64,000 nt of DNA from an uncultured archaeon (GCA_964508365.1 CAZDTP010000005.1:38530-102529); one strand, 5' to 3'; counted from the first letter of the stretch, positions 10,431-20,772 are shown. The notes: generated from the letters alone by a model not told the origin. Numbers and translations are program-made.

Positions 10431-11951
10431 ATGATAGAACAAAAAATTGGATTTGATAATGAAAAATATCTAAAGGAACAATCTGAGAGCATCCTAGATC
10501 GAGCAGCTCAATTTGGGAATAAATTATACCTTGAATTTGGCGGAAAGCTTGTATACGATTATCACGCTTCACGAGTTCTCCCTGGATTCGATCCAAATGT
10601 GAAAATGAAGCTTCTAAAGGTGCTTAAGGATAAAATAGAGGTTATTATTTGTATATACTCCGGAGATATAGAAAGAAGGAAGATCCGAGCAGATTTTGGT
10701 ATAACTTATGACCTAAATGCAATGAAATTAATCGATGATCTTCGAGATGGAGAAATTAAAGTAAGCGGGGTGGTTGTTACACGTTACAATGGACAACAAG
10801 TAGTAAAACAATTTTTGAATAAACTAGAGCGCCGTAATATTAAGGTTTATACGCATAAGTTAATTAGAGGTTATCCAACTAATATTGATTTAATTATAAG
10901 TGAAGAGGGGTATGGTACTAATCCCTACATAGAAACTTCCAAACCAATAATAATAGTTACTGCACCCGGTCCTGGTAGTGGAAAATTAGCAACATGTCTT
11001 TCACAAATATATCACGAACACACAAGGGGGATAGATGCGGGTTATGCTAAATTTGAGGTGTTTCCAATTTGGAATTTACCATTAAAACACCCCGTAAATA
11101 TGGCGTATGAATCTGCAACTGCTGACCTTGGTGATTTTAATCAAGTAGATCCTTTTCATCTTGAAGCTTATAATATAATGGCAGTTAACTATAACAGAGA
11201 TGTAGAGATTTTTCCAGTAGTTAAGAAAATAATGCAAAGAATTATGGATAGCAGATTAGTCTATAAATCACCTACAGATATGGGCGTAAATAAAGCAGGT
11301 TTTGCGATAATTGATGATAATCTGGTGCAACAAGCCGCAAGACAGGAACTCATCAGAAGATATCTACGATATAGTTGTGAATATGCGATTGGCGTTTCAG
11401 ATAAGATGACTGTTCAAAGAGCGGAATTGTTGATGAAAGAACTAAATCTCACTGTACTTGATCGAAAAGTTGTAAATGAGGCTCGACAGGCTTCTATAGC
11501 TGCTAAAAAAAAAGGGAAAGGGAACGAAGGGGTATTTGCTGGAGCTGCATTACAATTGGCAAATGGAAAAATTATGACTGGTAGCAATTCTCCTTTGATG
11601 CATGCGGCTTCAAGTTTAATCCTAAATACCTTAAAAGAATTGGCGGGTATTCCTAAAAATATACATCTTCTATCTCCCAATATTTTGGAATCCATTAGTT
11701 ATTTAAAATCGGAAATTTTCAATAACAAACGATTAAGTCTCAATCTTGAAGAAACTCTAATAGCTTTAAGCATCAGTGCTGATTTCAACCATTCTGCTAA
11801 GGTAGCCATAGATAAACTTAAAGAATTAAGTGGATGTGAAATGCACTCGACTCATATACCCACTCCTGGAGATGAAGCTGGTTTGAGACGATTAGGTCTA
11901 AATATAACATCTGATCCAAACTTTTCATCGAATAGCCTATTTATAACCTAA
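10431..11951 (+). CDS. UPF0371 / DUF1846 family protein
   Basis: 506 aa. The N-terminus (IGFDNEKYLKEQSESILDR ... LYLEFGGKL ... DYHASRVLPGFDPN) matches my memory of the conserved DUF1846 family. Function unknown. Confidence 0.65.
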   Translation: MIEQKIGFDNEKYLKEQSESILDRAAQFGNKLYLEFGGKLVYDYHASRVLPGFDPNVKMKLLKVLKDKIEVIICIYSGDIERRKIRADFGITYDLNAMKLIDDLRDGEIKVSGVVVTRYNGQQVVKQFLNKLERRNIKVYTHKLIRGYPTNIDLIISEEGYGTNPYIETSKPIIIVTAPGPGSGKLATCLSQIYHEHTRGIDAGYAKFEVFPIWNLPLKHPVNMAYESATADLGDFNQVDPFHLEAYNIMAVNYNRDVEIFPVVKKIMQRIMDSRLVYKSPTDMGVNKAGFAIIDDNLVQQAARQELIRRYLRYSCEYAIGVSDKMTVQRAELLMKELNLTVLDRKVVNEARQASIAAKKKGKGNEGVFAGAALQLANGKIMTGSNSPLMHAASSLILNTLKELAGIPKNIHLLSPNILESISYLKSEIFNNKRLSLNLEETLIALSISADFNHSAKVAIDKLKELSGCEMHSTHIPTPGDEAGLRRLGLNITSDPNFSSNSLFIT

Positions 11952-12076
11952 TTCTTTTACATCAATATCTAGTTTTGAGATAATCTCGAAATTCTTATTA
12001 AATGTGTTTGATATTTAATATTTTTATAATAAAATTATTATTATTTTTGATCCCATCAGAGAAGTGTAATATAAAA

Positions 12077-13768
12077 TTGACAGCTGCGATTAACAGTAAT
12101 ACTCGATTTATATTCGTTACGGGAGGTGTAATGTCAGCCGTAGGAAAAGGTGTAGCTACAGCAAGTTTAGGAAAAGTACTCCAATTCCGGGGATTCAACA
12201 TCTCTGTAGTTAAAATTGATCCTTACCTAAATGTTGATCCAGGAACACTTAATCCAATAGAACATGGCGAATGTTTTATAACCGAAGATGTATGGGACTT
12301 TACACCTGTCCATGGATCAGACGAAAGGTCCTATAGAATCTCTGAAATAGACCAAGATTTTGGAACATATTCAAGATTCCTTGGTATTGAGATGCATCCT
12401 TCCCATAATATCACTTCTGGTCAAATTTATCTCTCAACAATTTTAAGTGAGAGAAAAGGTAAATTTTTAGGTAAGACTGTTCAATTAATTCCTCATGTAA
12501 CTAACATAATAAAAGAAAGATTAATGGAGATATCCAATAATGAAAATTTAGATGTGCTTTTAATCGAATGTGGAGGAACTGTAGGCGATTTAGAATCCAG
12601 CATTTTTCTAGAAGCTTTTCGTCAAATTAAATTAGAATATCCTAATCGTACAGCCTTAGTTCATGTTACACTTGTTCCATATTCTCGCGCAGTTGGTCAA
12701 CAAAAGTCTAAACCAACTCAACATTCTGTTAAAATGCTTCAAAGTATGGGATTACAGCCAGATATAATAATAGGTAGGAGTGAAAAACCTCTCACAGATG
12801 ATATAAGATCAAAAATATCCCTTTATTCGAATGTTCCAGAAGCCGCAGTAATTTCGAATCCTGATTTAAATATCGTATATGAGCTACCTATATTATTTGA
12901 AGAACAGGGATTAGGAGACTTTCTCTGCGAGCTAATAGATTTAAAAGCTAAGTTGGTGTCTTATAGCGAAGTTAATAATTATTCGGAATGGCTTAAAATG
13001 GTTGAGATGTATAAGAATGCCAATAAAAAAATAAAAATAGCCATGCCTGGAAAATATTTCAATATCTCCGATTCATATATCTCGATAAATGACGCCTTAG
13101 AGCACGCTGCAGCTCATCAAGGCTATAAGATAGAATTGAAAATGATAAATATAACGGAAGAAACAAACATAGAAGAGGAGTTAAGGGATTGCGATGGAAT
13201 ACTATTAACCCCTGGATTTGGAGAGAGAGCTGTTGAAGGAATGATTCAGTCGGCAGAATATGCTATGGCTGAAAAGGTGCCATTTTTAGGCATCTGTTTT
13301 GGTGCTCAACTATTTTATGTAGCCTTTTGTCGAAAATATTTGGGGTTAAAAGGTGCAAACTCGACTGAAATCAACCCAGACACACCCTACCCTGTTATCG
13401 ATCTTCTTGAAAGTCAGAAAGTTGTTACTGAAAAAGGAGGTACAATGAGATTAGGCGCTCATAAAATTGTACTTAACGAGGGTACGAAATTATTTGAAAC
13501 ATATAAACAAAATGAGATAAAAGAACGATTTAGGCATAGATATCACATACAAGAAAGATATTTAACTGAAGAAGCAAAACAAAAAGGCTTAATTGTATCG
13601 AGTAGAGATGAAACTGGAAAAATTATTAATAGTATTGAGTTAAATAGGGAAGATCATTGGATGGTTGGAGTACAATTTCATCCCGAGTTTAAATCACGAC
13701 CATATGCTGCGAGTCCTTGTTATACGGCATTCATCAAAGCTTGTATATCCTATAAGAATTGTAAATAA
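12077..13768 (+). CDS. pyrG: CTP synthase
   Basis: Conserved N-terminus (RFIFVTGGVMSAVGKG), GATase Cys (GICFGAQ) and FHPEF. The ORF track starts at ATG 12002, but that adds 25 hydrophobic non-homologous residues. The in-frame TTG at 12077 gives the canonical N-terminus. Confidence 0.9.
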   Translation: MTAAINSNTRFIFVTGGVMSAVGKGVATASLGKVLQFRGFNISVVKIDPYLNVDPGTLNPIEHGECFITEDVWDFTPVHGSDERSYRISEIDQDFGTYSRFLGIEMHPSHNITSGQIYLSTILSERKGKFLGKTVQLIPHVTNIIKERLMEISNNENLDVLLIECGGTVGDLESSIFLEAFRQIKLEYPNRTALVHVTLVPYSRAVGQQKSKPTQHSVKMLQSMGLQPDIIIGRSEKPLTDDIRSKISLYSNVPEAAVISNPDLNIVYELPILFEEQGLGDFLCELIDLKAKLVSYSEVNNYSEWLKMVEMYKNANKKIKIAMPGKYFNISDSYISINDALEHAAAHQGYKIELKMINITEETNIEEELRDCDGILLTPGFGERAVEGMIQSAEYAMAEKVPFLGICFGAQLFYVAFCRKYLGLKGANSTEINPDTPYPVIDLLESQKVVTEKGGTMRLGAHKIVLNEGTKLFETYKQNEIKERFRHRYHIQERYLTEEAKQKGLIVSSRDETGKIINSIELNREDHWMVGVQFHPEFKSRPYAASPCYTAFIKACISYKNCK

Positions 13769-13842
13769 ACCAGATAGATAAGAGAATCAAATCATTTTTA
13801 TAAATAATAATCGAATTAAATAAGAAAATTAAAAAAAGATTG

Positions 13843-15294
13843 TTATTCTGAGTTTATATCAAGGATTCTCTTAACTAAATTTTTCTTTTCCTCTAGATTT
13901 GCTTGGCGAGAAATCATGATTCTCTGAGCTTGAGGAGAACCTGCTCCATGCATAGATTCTGTTCGATAACTCACAGAAGCAACTCCCATTGTGAGATTTT
14001 CAATGAACCGAAGTACTTTATATCGATCTTCAGTGCACATTCCTTCACATGTCGTTAAATACTTCTCGATTAAAGGACCTATCTCCTTCGACTTGAGATC
14101 AGCCTCAGAGGGCATTGTACATATCATTCCTCCTGCAATATCTTCAGCTAATCTCCCGATCTCGTAGGGAAAGCGCGTGACATTTAGTTTACATACATTT
14201 GCTAATAACATGTCCATTTCATAATTACCTGACTCTCGTTGGAAACCTAGTGAACTACAAGCTATTCCACAACTATACAAAGTTTCATTTAAATGGGTCA
14301 TCTCAACTATTTTATCTTTTATGTGTGATGCATTTTGGGTTCCATTATATTCTGAAATTAATGCAGTTGCTCCTATTAACACATCTCCTACTCCAACCTT
14401 ACATCCCCCATAAGATTGTCGATGAAATCCCGCAAAACGGTTAACTAGTTCTCCAGAAAATTCAACTTCACCGTTCATAAAAATATTTTCTTTAGGTACA
14501 AACACATTATCAAATACTACGAAAATTTCTTGACCACCGTACTTAAAATTTCCAATATCTAACTCACCAGGTTCCATTTTTCGTGTATCACAAGATTGCC
14601 TTCCATAAATCATTGTAATTCCTTTTGCATTTGTGTCTATTCCAAAGCTTACTGCATAATCCTCCTCTCCTTGTCTTAGAGAAAGCGTGGGCATGATAAT
14701 AGCTCGATGCGAGTTTAAGAATCCAGTTTGATGAACTTTAGCTCCTCGAACAATGATTCCATCCTCGTTAGAATCTATGACATGTAAGAATCCATCGGGA
14801 TCTGGTTGATCTTTCGGTCTTTTACTCCTATCGCCTTTTGTATCTGTCATTGCTCCATCAACCATGAGGTCGTGATTTTGGACTTCAATCCAATAATTTT
14901 TAAATCTGGAATGGTAATTTGTACCATATTTTTTGTCAATTTCATGAGTCACGCTATATAATGCATTAGCAGTATCAAACCCTACACATCTTTGGAAGCA
15001 GCAGGCAGTTTGCTGTCCTAATAATCGTTGCATTTTGACTTTATTAACCAAATCTTCAATCGATTGATGTATGTGAGTAAATCGATTGATTAATTCTCCG
15101 GTTAAATGAGATTTTGTAGTCATTAAATCTTTATACTCGTCCATCTGAGCTAATTCATAAATTTTCATAACGGTGTTTATCGAAGGTTTAATGATTGGAT
15201 GATTCCAAAATTCTTCTACTTTTTCACCGAACATATACAGATTAACAGGTCGCTGGATGCTTTTTAAATACTCTTCGGGGGTTTTTAATGTCAT
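13843..15294 (-). CDS. abfD: 4-hydroxybutyryl-CoA dehydratase / vinylacetyl-CoA isomerase family (AbfD-like)
   Basis: 483 aa. The family N-terminus (EEYLKSIQ ... VNLYMFGEKV) and the [4Fe-4S]-ligand segment (ACCFQRCVG) are characteristic of AbfD rather than the HpaB monooxygenases. Confidence 0.75.
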   Translation of the reverse strand: MTLKTPEEYLKSIQRPVNLYMFGEKVEEFWNHPIIKPSINTVMKIYELAQMDEYKDLMTTKSHLTGELINRFTHIHQSIEDLVNKVKMQRLLGQQTACCFQRCVGFDTANALYSVTHEIDKKYGTNYHSRFKNYWIEVQNHDLMVDGAMTDTKGDRSKRPKDQPDPDGFLHVIDSNEDGIIVRGAKVHQTGFLNSHRAIIMPTLSLRQGEEDYAVSFGIDTNAKGITMIYGRQSCDTRKMEPGELDIGNFKYGGQEIFVVFDNVFVPKENIFMNGEVEFSGELVNRFAGFHRQSYGGCKVGVGDVLIGATALISEYNGTQNASHIKDKIVEMTHLNETLYSCGIACSSLGFQRESGNYEMDMLLANVCKLNVTRFPYEIGRLAEDIAGGMICTMPSEADLKSKEIGPLIEKYLTTCEGMCTEDRYKVLRFIENLTMGVASVSYRTESMHGAGSPQAQRIMISRQANLEEKKNLVKRILDINSE

Positions 15295-15369
15295 TTTTAT
15301 TAGTTTTCCTATCTTTTTGTTATAATTACATATATCTCAATTAGTTATTAAAAATGATTCTAATATTTG

Positions 15370-16023
15370 TTAACTTTTTCCTACTGGACAAGATTCAATG
15401 CATTTATTACACCAAATCACAGTATTTTCTGACAAATTTTTTAAATTCTTCAGGCAATAATTAAGGCATAACTCTTTATTATACTTTCCTTCTTCTAGAG
15501 CGCCAGCAGGACAAGAATCAAGGCAAATGTCACAATTTCCACAATAAGCGCTCTCATGAATAGGTGTACCGTAGGATAATTCTGCTACAGTTACCAATGC
15601 CCTTAATCTTATTTGAGATCCAAAGGTTTTTGTAATAAGGAGATTGTTTTTTCCAATCGGACCAATTCCAGCTAGCGCAGCAGCATCTTTTAAGTATAAT
15701 CCTGGTTTATAAGGAATAACTTCTGATTTGAAACCTTTTTTAGCTAAAAAACTCTTGATTTGATGGCATTGATCCAGTAAAATTGAATCAGCAAAATGAT
15801 AACTTTTTCCTTTCTTTTCGTCTTTACTCCAAGCATCTAGACTAAGATCGTATAAGTGAAATCCAATTACGATTACAGTTTTAGAATTTTTCAGATATGA
15901 TTCAGGAGTATGATCCTTATCAAATTTATTGAAATTAGTCGGATCACAAAATCCTACAATATCTATACCTATTTTATCACAATAAGCAATAAGTTCATCT
16001 GTGAGTTCTTTAATCATTACCAT
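15370..16023 (-). CDS. Fe-S protein of the QueG / reductive-dehalogenase-like family (two 4Fe-4S motifs)
   Basis: 217 aa. QueG-like core (LKDAAALAGIGPIGKNNLLITKTFGSQIRL) and two ferredoxin Cys motifs (CGNCDICLDSCP, CNKCIESCP). It is shorter than bacterial QueG. Confidence 0.55.
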   Translation of the reverse strand: MVMIKELTDELIAYCDKIGIDIVGFCDPTNFNKFDKDHTPESYLKNSKTVIVIGFHLYDLSLDAWSKDEKKGKSYHFADSILLDQCHQIKSFLAKKGFKSEVIPYKPGLYLKDAAALAGIGPIGKNNLLITKTFGSQIRLRALVTVAELSYGTPIHESAYCGNCDICLDSCPAGALEEGKYNKELCLNYCLKNLKNLSENTVIWCNKCIESCPVGKS

Positions 16024-16316
16024 AATTTCGCTTTAACTATATAGTATATTATTTATTAAGAGAAAGTAAAATTTCATTTAGAATTAAAAAATACGAGAGA
16101 ACGAACTTTTTTTCGTTAAGTGCTTTTTAACCATTGTTCCTTAATATTATCTATATAAATTTTTAATTCAATATAAAATGAAACCAAATAATTTATACCT
16201 ATTTTTAATGAGAGATTAAGCTAATGCAAACAATAATTTATCCAGTTAATAAATAAGCTTAAAAAATGTAACTTGTTATCTATATGTTAAGAATATAAAA
16301 GAAGATAAATACATTT

Positions 16317-17456
16317 TTGTCGATGCTATACAAGAAAGAAAGACCAGCAATTTTAATGTTTAAAGATGGTCGTTATTTCGAAGGGATTGGATTTGGAGCG
16401 ACTAAAAAAGTATATGGGGAAATTGTATTCACGACAATTACGGGTGCTGGATATAATGAAACTCTAACTGATCCTTCATATAAGGGACAAATAGTAGTTA
16501 TGACTCATCCCCTGGTTGGAAATTACGGCGTTCCTGCTTGGGAAAAAGATTCACACGGGATTCATAAATATTTTGAATCAGATTCGATAAAAGTAAGTGG
16601 ATTTGTCGTTAACGAATGCTGCAAAAATCCTAGCCATTACGAAAGCGTGAAAACCCTAAACGAATTTCTATTGGAAGAAAACATTCCTGGAATCGAATGG
16701 ATAGACACCAGAGCAATTACAAAACTATTAAGGGAAGAAGGAGTGCAATTAGGAATGCTAGCAGTTTTCAACCCAGGAGAATCTCCTAACTTAGATATTT
16801 TGAAAGAAGAAGTCAAAAAAGTGGAAGACCCAAACCTTAGACACTTAGTAAGCGAGGTATCCACTAAAGAAGTTAAAATATTTACTCCCTTAAATCCTAA
16901 AGGTAAAGTAGTGGTATTAGATTTAGGAGTAAAGAATAATATCTTAAGAAATTTCTTACAGAGAAAAATCGAAGTAATATTAGTACCGTATAATTATACA
17001 TTTGAAATGATTTTGTCTTACAAACCAAATGGAGTATTTATTTCCAATGGTCCCGGAGATCCTGCAAAATATAAAAATGCTATTGAAGTCGCTCAAGAAT
17101 TAATCAATAATAGCATCCCTACAATGGGTATCTGTTTAGGAAACCAAATAATTGGTCTGGGTGCGGGGGGTTCATCTTACAAATTAAAATACGGTCATAG
17201 AGGAGGGAATAAGACCGTTATAAACGGTAAAACAAACAAATGTTATATCACCTCACAAAATCACGGTTATTGTGTAAAAGAATTCAATCAAGGAGGGTTT
17301 TCAGAATTTCTTTATAATATCGACGATAAATCTAATGAAGGAATAATTCATGAAAGTAAACCTATTTTTGCTGTTCAATTTCACCCTGAAGCCTCGCCTG
17401 GGCCTTTAGACTCGCTTTATCTTTTTGATAACTTTATTAACTTAATGGGGCTATGA
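16317..17456 (+). CDS. carA: Carbamoyl-phosphate synthase small (glutaminase) subunit
   Basis: 379 aa. N-terminus (FEGIGFGA ... GEIVFTT ... GYNETLTDPSYKGQI), catalytic Cys (GICLGNQ) and FHPEASPGP. The start is TTG 16317 or ATG 16323. Confidence 0.92.
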   Translation: MSMLYKKERPAILMFKDGRYFEGIGFGATKKVYGEIVFTTITGAGYNETLTDPSYKGQIVVMTHPLVGNYGVPAWEKDSHGIHKYFESDSIKVSGFVVNECCKNPSHYESVKTLNEFLLEENIPGIEWIDTRAITKLLREEGVQLGMLAVFNPGESPNLDILKEEVKKVEDPNLRHLVSEVSTKEVKIFTPLNPKGKVVVLDLGVKNNILRNFLQRKIEVILVPYNYTFEMILSYKPNGVFISNGPGDPAKYKNAIEVAQELINNSIPTMGICLGNQIIGLGAGGSSYKLKYGHRGGNKTVINGKTNKCYITSQNHGYCVKEFNQGGFSEFLYNIDDKSNEGIIHESKPIFAVQFHPEASPGPLDSLYLFDNFINLMGL

Positions 17457-17460
17457 TTTC

Positions 17461-20400
17461 ATGCCGTTAGATAAATCGATTAAAATAGCGCTAGTTCTAG
17501 GGTCTGGGGGAATTCGGATTGGACAAGCTGGAGAATTTGATTATTCTGGAAGTCAAGTTCTTAAGGCCCTGAAAGAAGAGGGTATTAAAACAATACTTAT
17601 CAACCCAAATATTGCAACAATCCAAACTGACCCTGAGTTATCTGATCAAGTCTACTTGCTCCCAATAAATGTAAAATATGTCGAAGAAGTTATAAAGAAA
17701 GAAAAACCTGATGGGATTATATTAGCGTTTGGTGGGCAAACAGCTTTGAATGTTGGAGTCGAGCTAAAAGAGCAAGGAATATTAGAAAAATATAATATAC
17801 GCGTTCTTGGTACGCCGATAGAAGCGATCGAGGTTACAGAAGATCGAGATTTATTCGTAAAAGCTATGAATAAAGCAGATGCAAAAGTGTGCCAAAGTAA
17901 AGCGGTAACATCATATAAAGAGGCGATTAAAGTAGCTCAAGAATTTGGTTTTCCTTTAATGCTCCGAGTAGCTTATACTTTAGGAGGTAGAGGTTCAGGT
18001 ATCATTGATGATATGAAAGATTTCGAAAGAATGGCAAAAAAAGGGTTAGCCCAATCAAGGATTAACCAAATCTTAATCGAGGAATCCGTTTGGGGTTGGA
18101 AAGAAGTTGAATACGAAGTGGTACGAGATTCTGCGGATAATTGCTTTATAAACTGTAACATGGAAAATTTTGATCCTGTGGGAATTCATACAGGAGAGAG
18201 TATTGTAGTTGCACCGAGTCAAACTTTAACTAATGAAGAATATCATATGTTACGCTCTGCGTCAATCCGGGTTATCAGAAGTCTTGGGATCATTGGTGAA
18301 TGCAACATTCAATATGCGTTAAATCCCTTTTCAAAAGAATTTCGTGTAATTGAAGTTAATGCCCGTCTTTCAAGATCGTCCGCATTAGCTTCAAAGGCAA
18401 CAGGATACCCCTTAGCATACATTGCCGCTAAACTGGCCATAGGATATAATTTACCTGAGTTAAAAAATAAGATTACTGGTATAACTACAGCTTGTTTTGA
18501 ACCAGCCTTGGACTACTTAGTTCTTAAAATTCCCCGATGGGATTTAACTAAATTTCAGAAGGTGGATCGCCGTATTGGAAGTCAGATGAAATCCGTTGGA
18601 GAAGTGATGGCCATAGGGAGAACTTTTGAAGAAGTTCTCCAAAAAGCAGTAAGAATGTTAGATATCGGTATGAAAGGATTAGTAGCGAATGATTTAGAAG
18701 AAATTGAAGATATAAACGAATTAAAATATGCGTTAAGAAACCCCACTGACTTAAGGCTTTTTAGAATTGCTGAAGCGATCAAGAGAGGCATATCAATAGA
18801 TGAGATATATCGATTATCAAGAGTAGATAAGTGGTTTTTGTATAAATTAAAAAATATTGTAGATCTTAACCGTCAAATCCAAGACATTGAATTACTTGAA
18901 TCAGATGATAATACGAAAAAATATTGGTTAGAAAGAGCTAAAAGATATGGTTTTTCAGATGGACAGATTGCTAAAATAATGGGTGTCGATTCAATTTTCA
19001 TTCGACAAATGAGAAGAAGATTAAATATTCAGCCTTATGTTAAAAGAATTGACACATTAGCAGCTGAATGGCCTGCCGTGACTAATTATCTTTACCTTAC
19101 TTACAGTGCTTCTGAACACGACATTGATTTTGAAAGCGAATATAAATCTAACCTTACAAAAGTTATAGTGTTAGGTTCAGGGACTTATCGTATTGGTGCT
19201 TCTGTGGAATTTGATTGGGGGTCGGTCAATTGTTTATGGGGATTAAAAAAGCTAGGAATAGATCAGGCAATAATGATAAATTATAATCCAGAAACAGTAT
19301 CGACTGATTACGATATATCCGATAAGCTTTATTTTGAAGAATTATCTGGAGAAAGAGTGCTGGACATTTGCGAGCTTGAAAAAGCTGATGGTTTAGTAGT
19401 TTCTGCAGGAGGGCAAATAGCTAATAACTTGGCCGCTAAATTTTCTAAGTATTCCGATTTTTTTAGAAAGACAAGCATAAAAATTCTCGGTACTCACGGA
19501 ACGCGTATAGATATGGCGGAAGATAGGAGCAAGTTCAGCACTTTATTAGATCAATTACATATTAAGCAACCCGAATGGAATGCTTTGACTACTAAAGAAG
19601 AAGCCATTGAATTTGCTCAGAAAGTTGGTTACCCTATACTAGTTAGGCCTTCATATGTATTAAGTGGCGCCGCTATGAGGGTCTCCTATGACGAAAAGAC
19701 GCTTCAAGATACCTTAGACCTCGCGGCATCTATATCAAGCGAATATCCCGTTGTCATAACTAAATTTTTTATTAATGCCCGAGAAATTGAGTGTGATGGC
19801 GTATGCGATGGTGAAAATGTGCTTATCGGTGCAATTGTAGAACATATTGAGAATGCTGGGATTCATAGTGGAGATGCAACTATGGTTATACCACCACAGA
19901 CGGTATCCAAAGAAGTTATATCAAAAATTGAAGATTATACCAAAAAAATCGCCTTGGCATTAAAAATTCACGGTCCTTTTAATGTTCAATATCTTGTTAA
20001 AAATAACGAGGTTTATGTTATTGAATGTAATCTGCGCTCAAGTCGAAGTATGCCTTATGTTTCCAAATCTCGGGGAATTAATTTAATGAGACTTGCAGCT
20101 GAAGTTATTATGGGCGGTAAAATTCCAAAAAGGTTAATGAATCTTCCTTTAGGAGACTATGTTTCAATTAAAGCCCCTATGTTTTCTTTTATGAGACTTG
20201 ACAAAGCTGATCCCGTTCTGGGCGTAGAAATGAGCTCTACAGGAGAAGTAGCATGTATCGGAGAAGACTTTCCAGATGCATTGATGAAATCATTAGAAGC
20301 TGCTGATATGAATGTTCCAATAGAGGGAGGAAATATATTAATTTCGGTAGGTGGAGAAAAGTTGAAAAATGAAGTAATTCCCTTGGCGAAAGAGATTAGT

Positions 20401-20772
20401 AAACTAGGATTCACTATATTTGCTACAGAAGATACAAAAAATGCTTTAACAAGGAATAACATAAACGCTGTGAAACTTTATAAAGTTCACGAATATGGTT
20501 TGGAGCCTAATATTATGCAATGTTTGCAGGATGGGCGTATAGACATGGTAATAAACATCCCATTGCCAACTACAGTAGAAGAGAAATTTAAAACCATAAT
20601 GGAAGACGAATATCAAATTAGACGCATGGCAGTAGATTATAATATTCCTGTGATAATTAATCTACAATTAGCAAAAGCTATTATCGACGCTATAAGAAAT
20701 ATGCGTGAAAAGAAAATTGAAATAAAGTCGCTTAACGAGTATCATCAAACGCTAAAAGAAGTATACTGGTGA
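17461..20772 (+). CDS. carB: Carbamoyl-phosphate synthase large subunit
   Basis: 1103 aa with two ATP-grasp halves (IGQAGEFDYSGSQ and IGASVEFDW) plus a C-terminal MGS-like domain. It starts 4 nt after the carA stop. Confidence 0.95.
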   Translation: MPLDKSIKIALVLGSGGIRIGQAGEFDYSGSQVLKALKEEGIKTILINPNIATIQTDPELSDQVYLLPINVKYVEEVIKKEKPDGIILAFGGQTALNVGVELKEQGILEKYNIRVLGTPIEAIEVTEDRDLFVKAMNKADAKVCQSKAVTSYKEAIKVAQEFGFPLMLRVAYTLGGRGSGIIDDMKDFERMAKKGLAQSRINQILIEESVWGWKEVEYEVVRDSADNCFINCNMENFDPVGIHTGESIVVAPSQTLTNEEYHMLRSASIRVIRSLGIIGECNIQYALNPFSKEFRVIEVNARLSRSSALASKATGYPLAYIAAKLAIGYNLPELKNKITGITTACFEPALDYLVLKIPRWDLTKFQKVDRRIGSQMKSVGEVMAIGRTFEEVLQKAVRMLDIGMKGLVANDLEEIEDINELKYALRNPTDLRLFRIAEAIKRGISIDEIYRLSRVDKWFLYKLKNIVDLNRQIQDIELLESDDNTKKYWLERAKRYGFSDGQIAKIMGVDSIFIRQMRRRLNIQPYVKRIDTLAAEWPAVTNYLYLTYSASEHDIDFESEYKSNLTKVIVLGSGTYRIGASVEFDWGSVNCLWGLKKLGIDQAIMINYNPETVSTDYDISDKLYFEELSGERVLDICELEKADGLVVSAGGQIANNLAAKFSKYSDFFRKTSIKILGTHGTRIDMAEDRSKFSTLLDQLHIKQPEWNALTTKEEAIEFAQKVGYPILVRPSYVLSGAAMRVSYDEKTLQDTLDLAASISSEYPVVITKFFINAREIECDGVCDGENVLIGAIVEHIENAGIHSGDATMVIPPQTVSKEVISKIEDYTKKIALALKIHGPFNVQYLVKNNEVYVIECNLRSSRSMPYVSKSRGINLMRLAAEVIMGGKIPKRLMNLPLGDYVSIKAPMFSFMRLDKADPVLGVEMSSTGEVACIGEDFPDALMKSLEAADMNVPIEGGNILISVGGEKLKNEVIPLAKEISKLGFTIFATEDTKNALTRNNINAVKLYKVHEYGLEPNIMQCLQDGRIDMVINIPLPTTVEEKFKTIMEDEYQIRRMAVDYNIPVIINLQLAKAIIDAIRNMREKKIEIKSLNEYHQTLKEVYW

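Noticed and set aside
12002-12076. An ATG-initiated 25-codon N-terminal extension of pyrG.
   Set aside because: The hydrophobic extension has no counterpart in CTP synthases. The in-frame TTG at 12077 gives the canonical N-terminus. It overlaps a shadow ORF on the other strand (11998-12201).
16100-16117. A small hairpin (AACGAA-CTTTTT-TTCGTT) about 200 nt upstream of carA, considered as a pyrimidine/arginine attenuator.
   Set aside because: It has only a 6-bp A/T-rich stem, no alternative antiterminator or leader peptide is evident, and attenuation of carAB is a bacterial paradigm. The support is insufficient.
17973-20462. Antisense ORFs inside carB (17973-18161, 18582-18791, 20157-20462).
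   Set aside because: They lie fully within, and opposite to, a strongly supported conserved gene. Their products are Ser/Ile/Phe-rich, low-complexity shadow translations.
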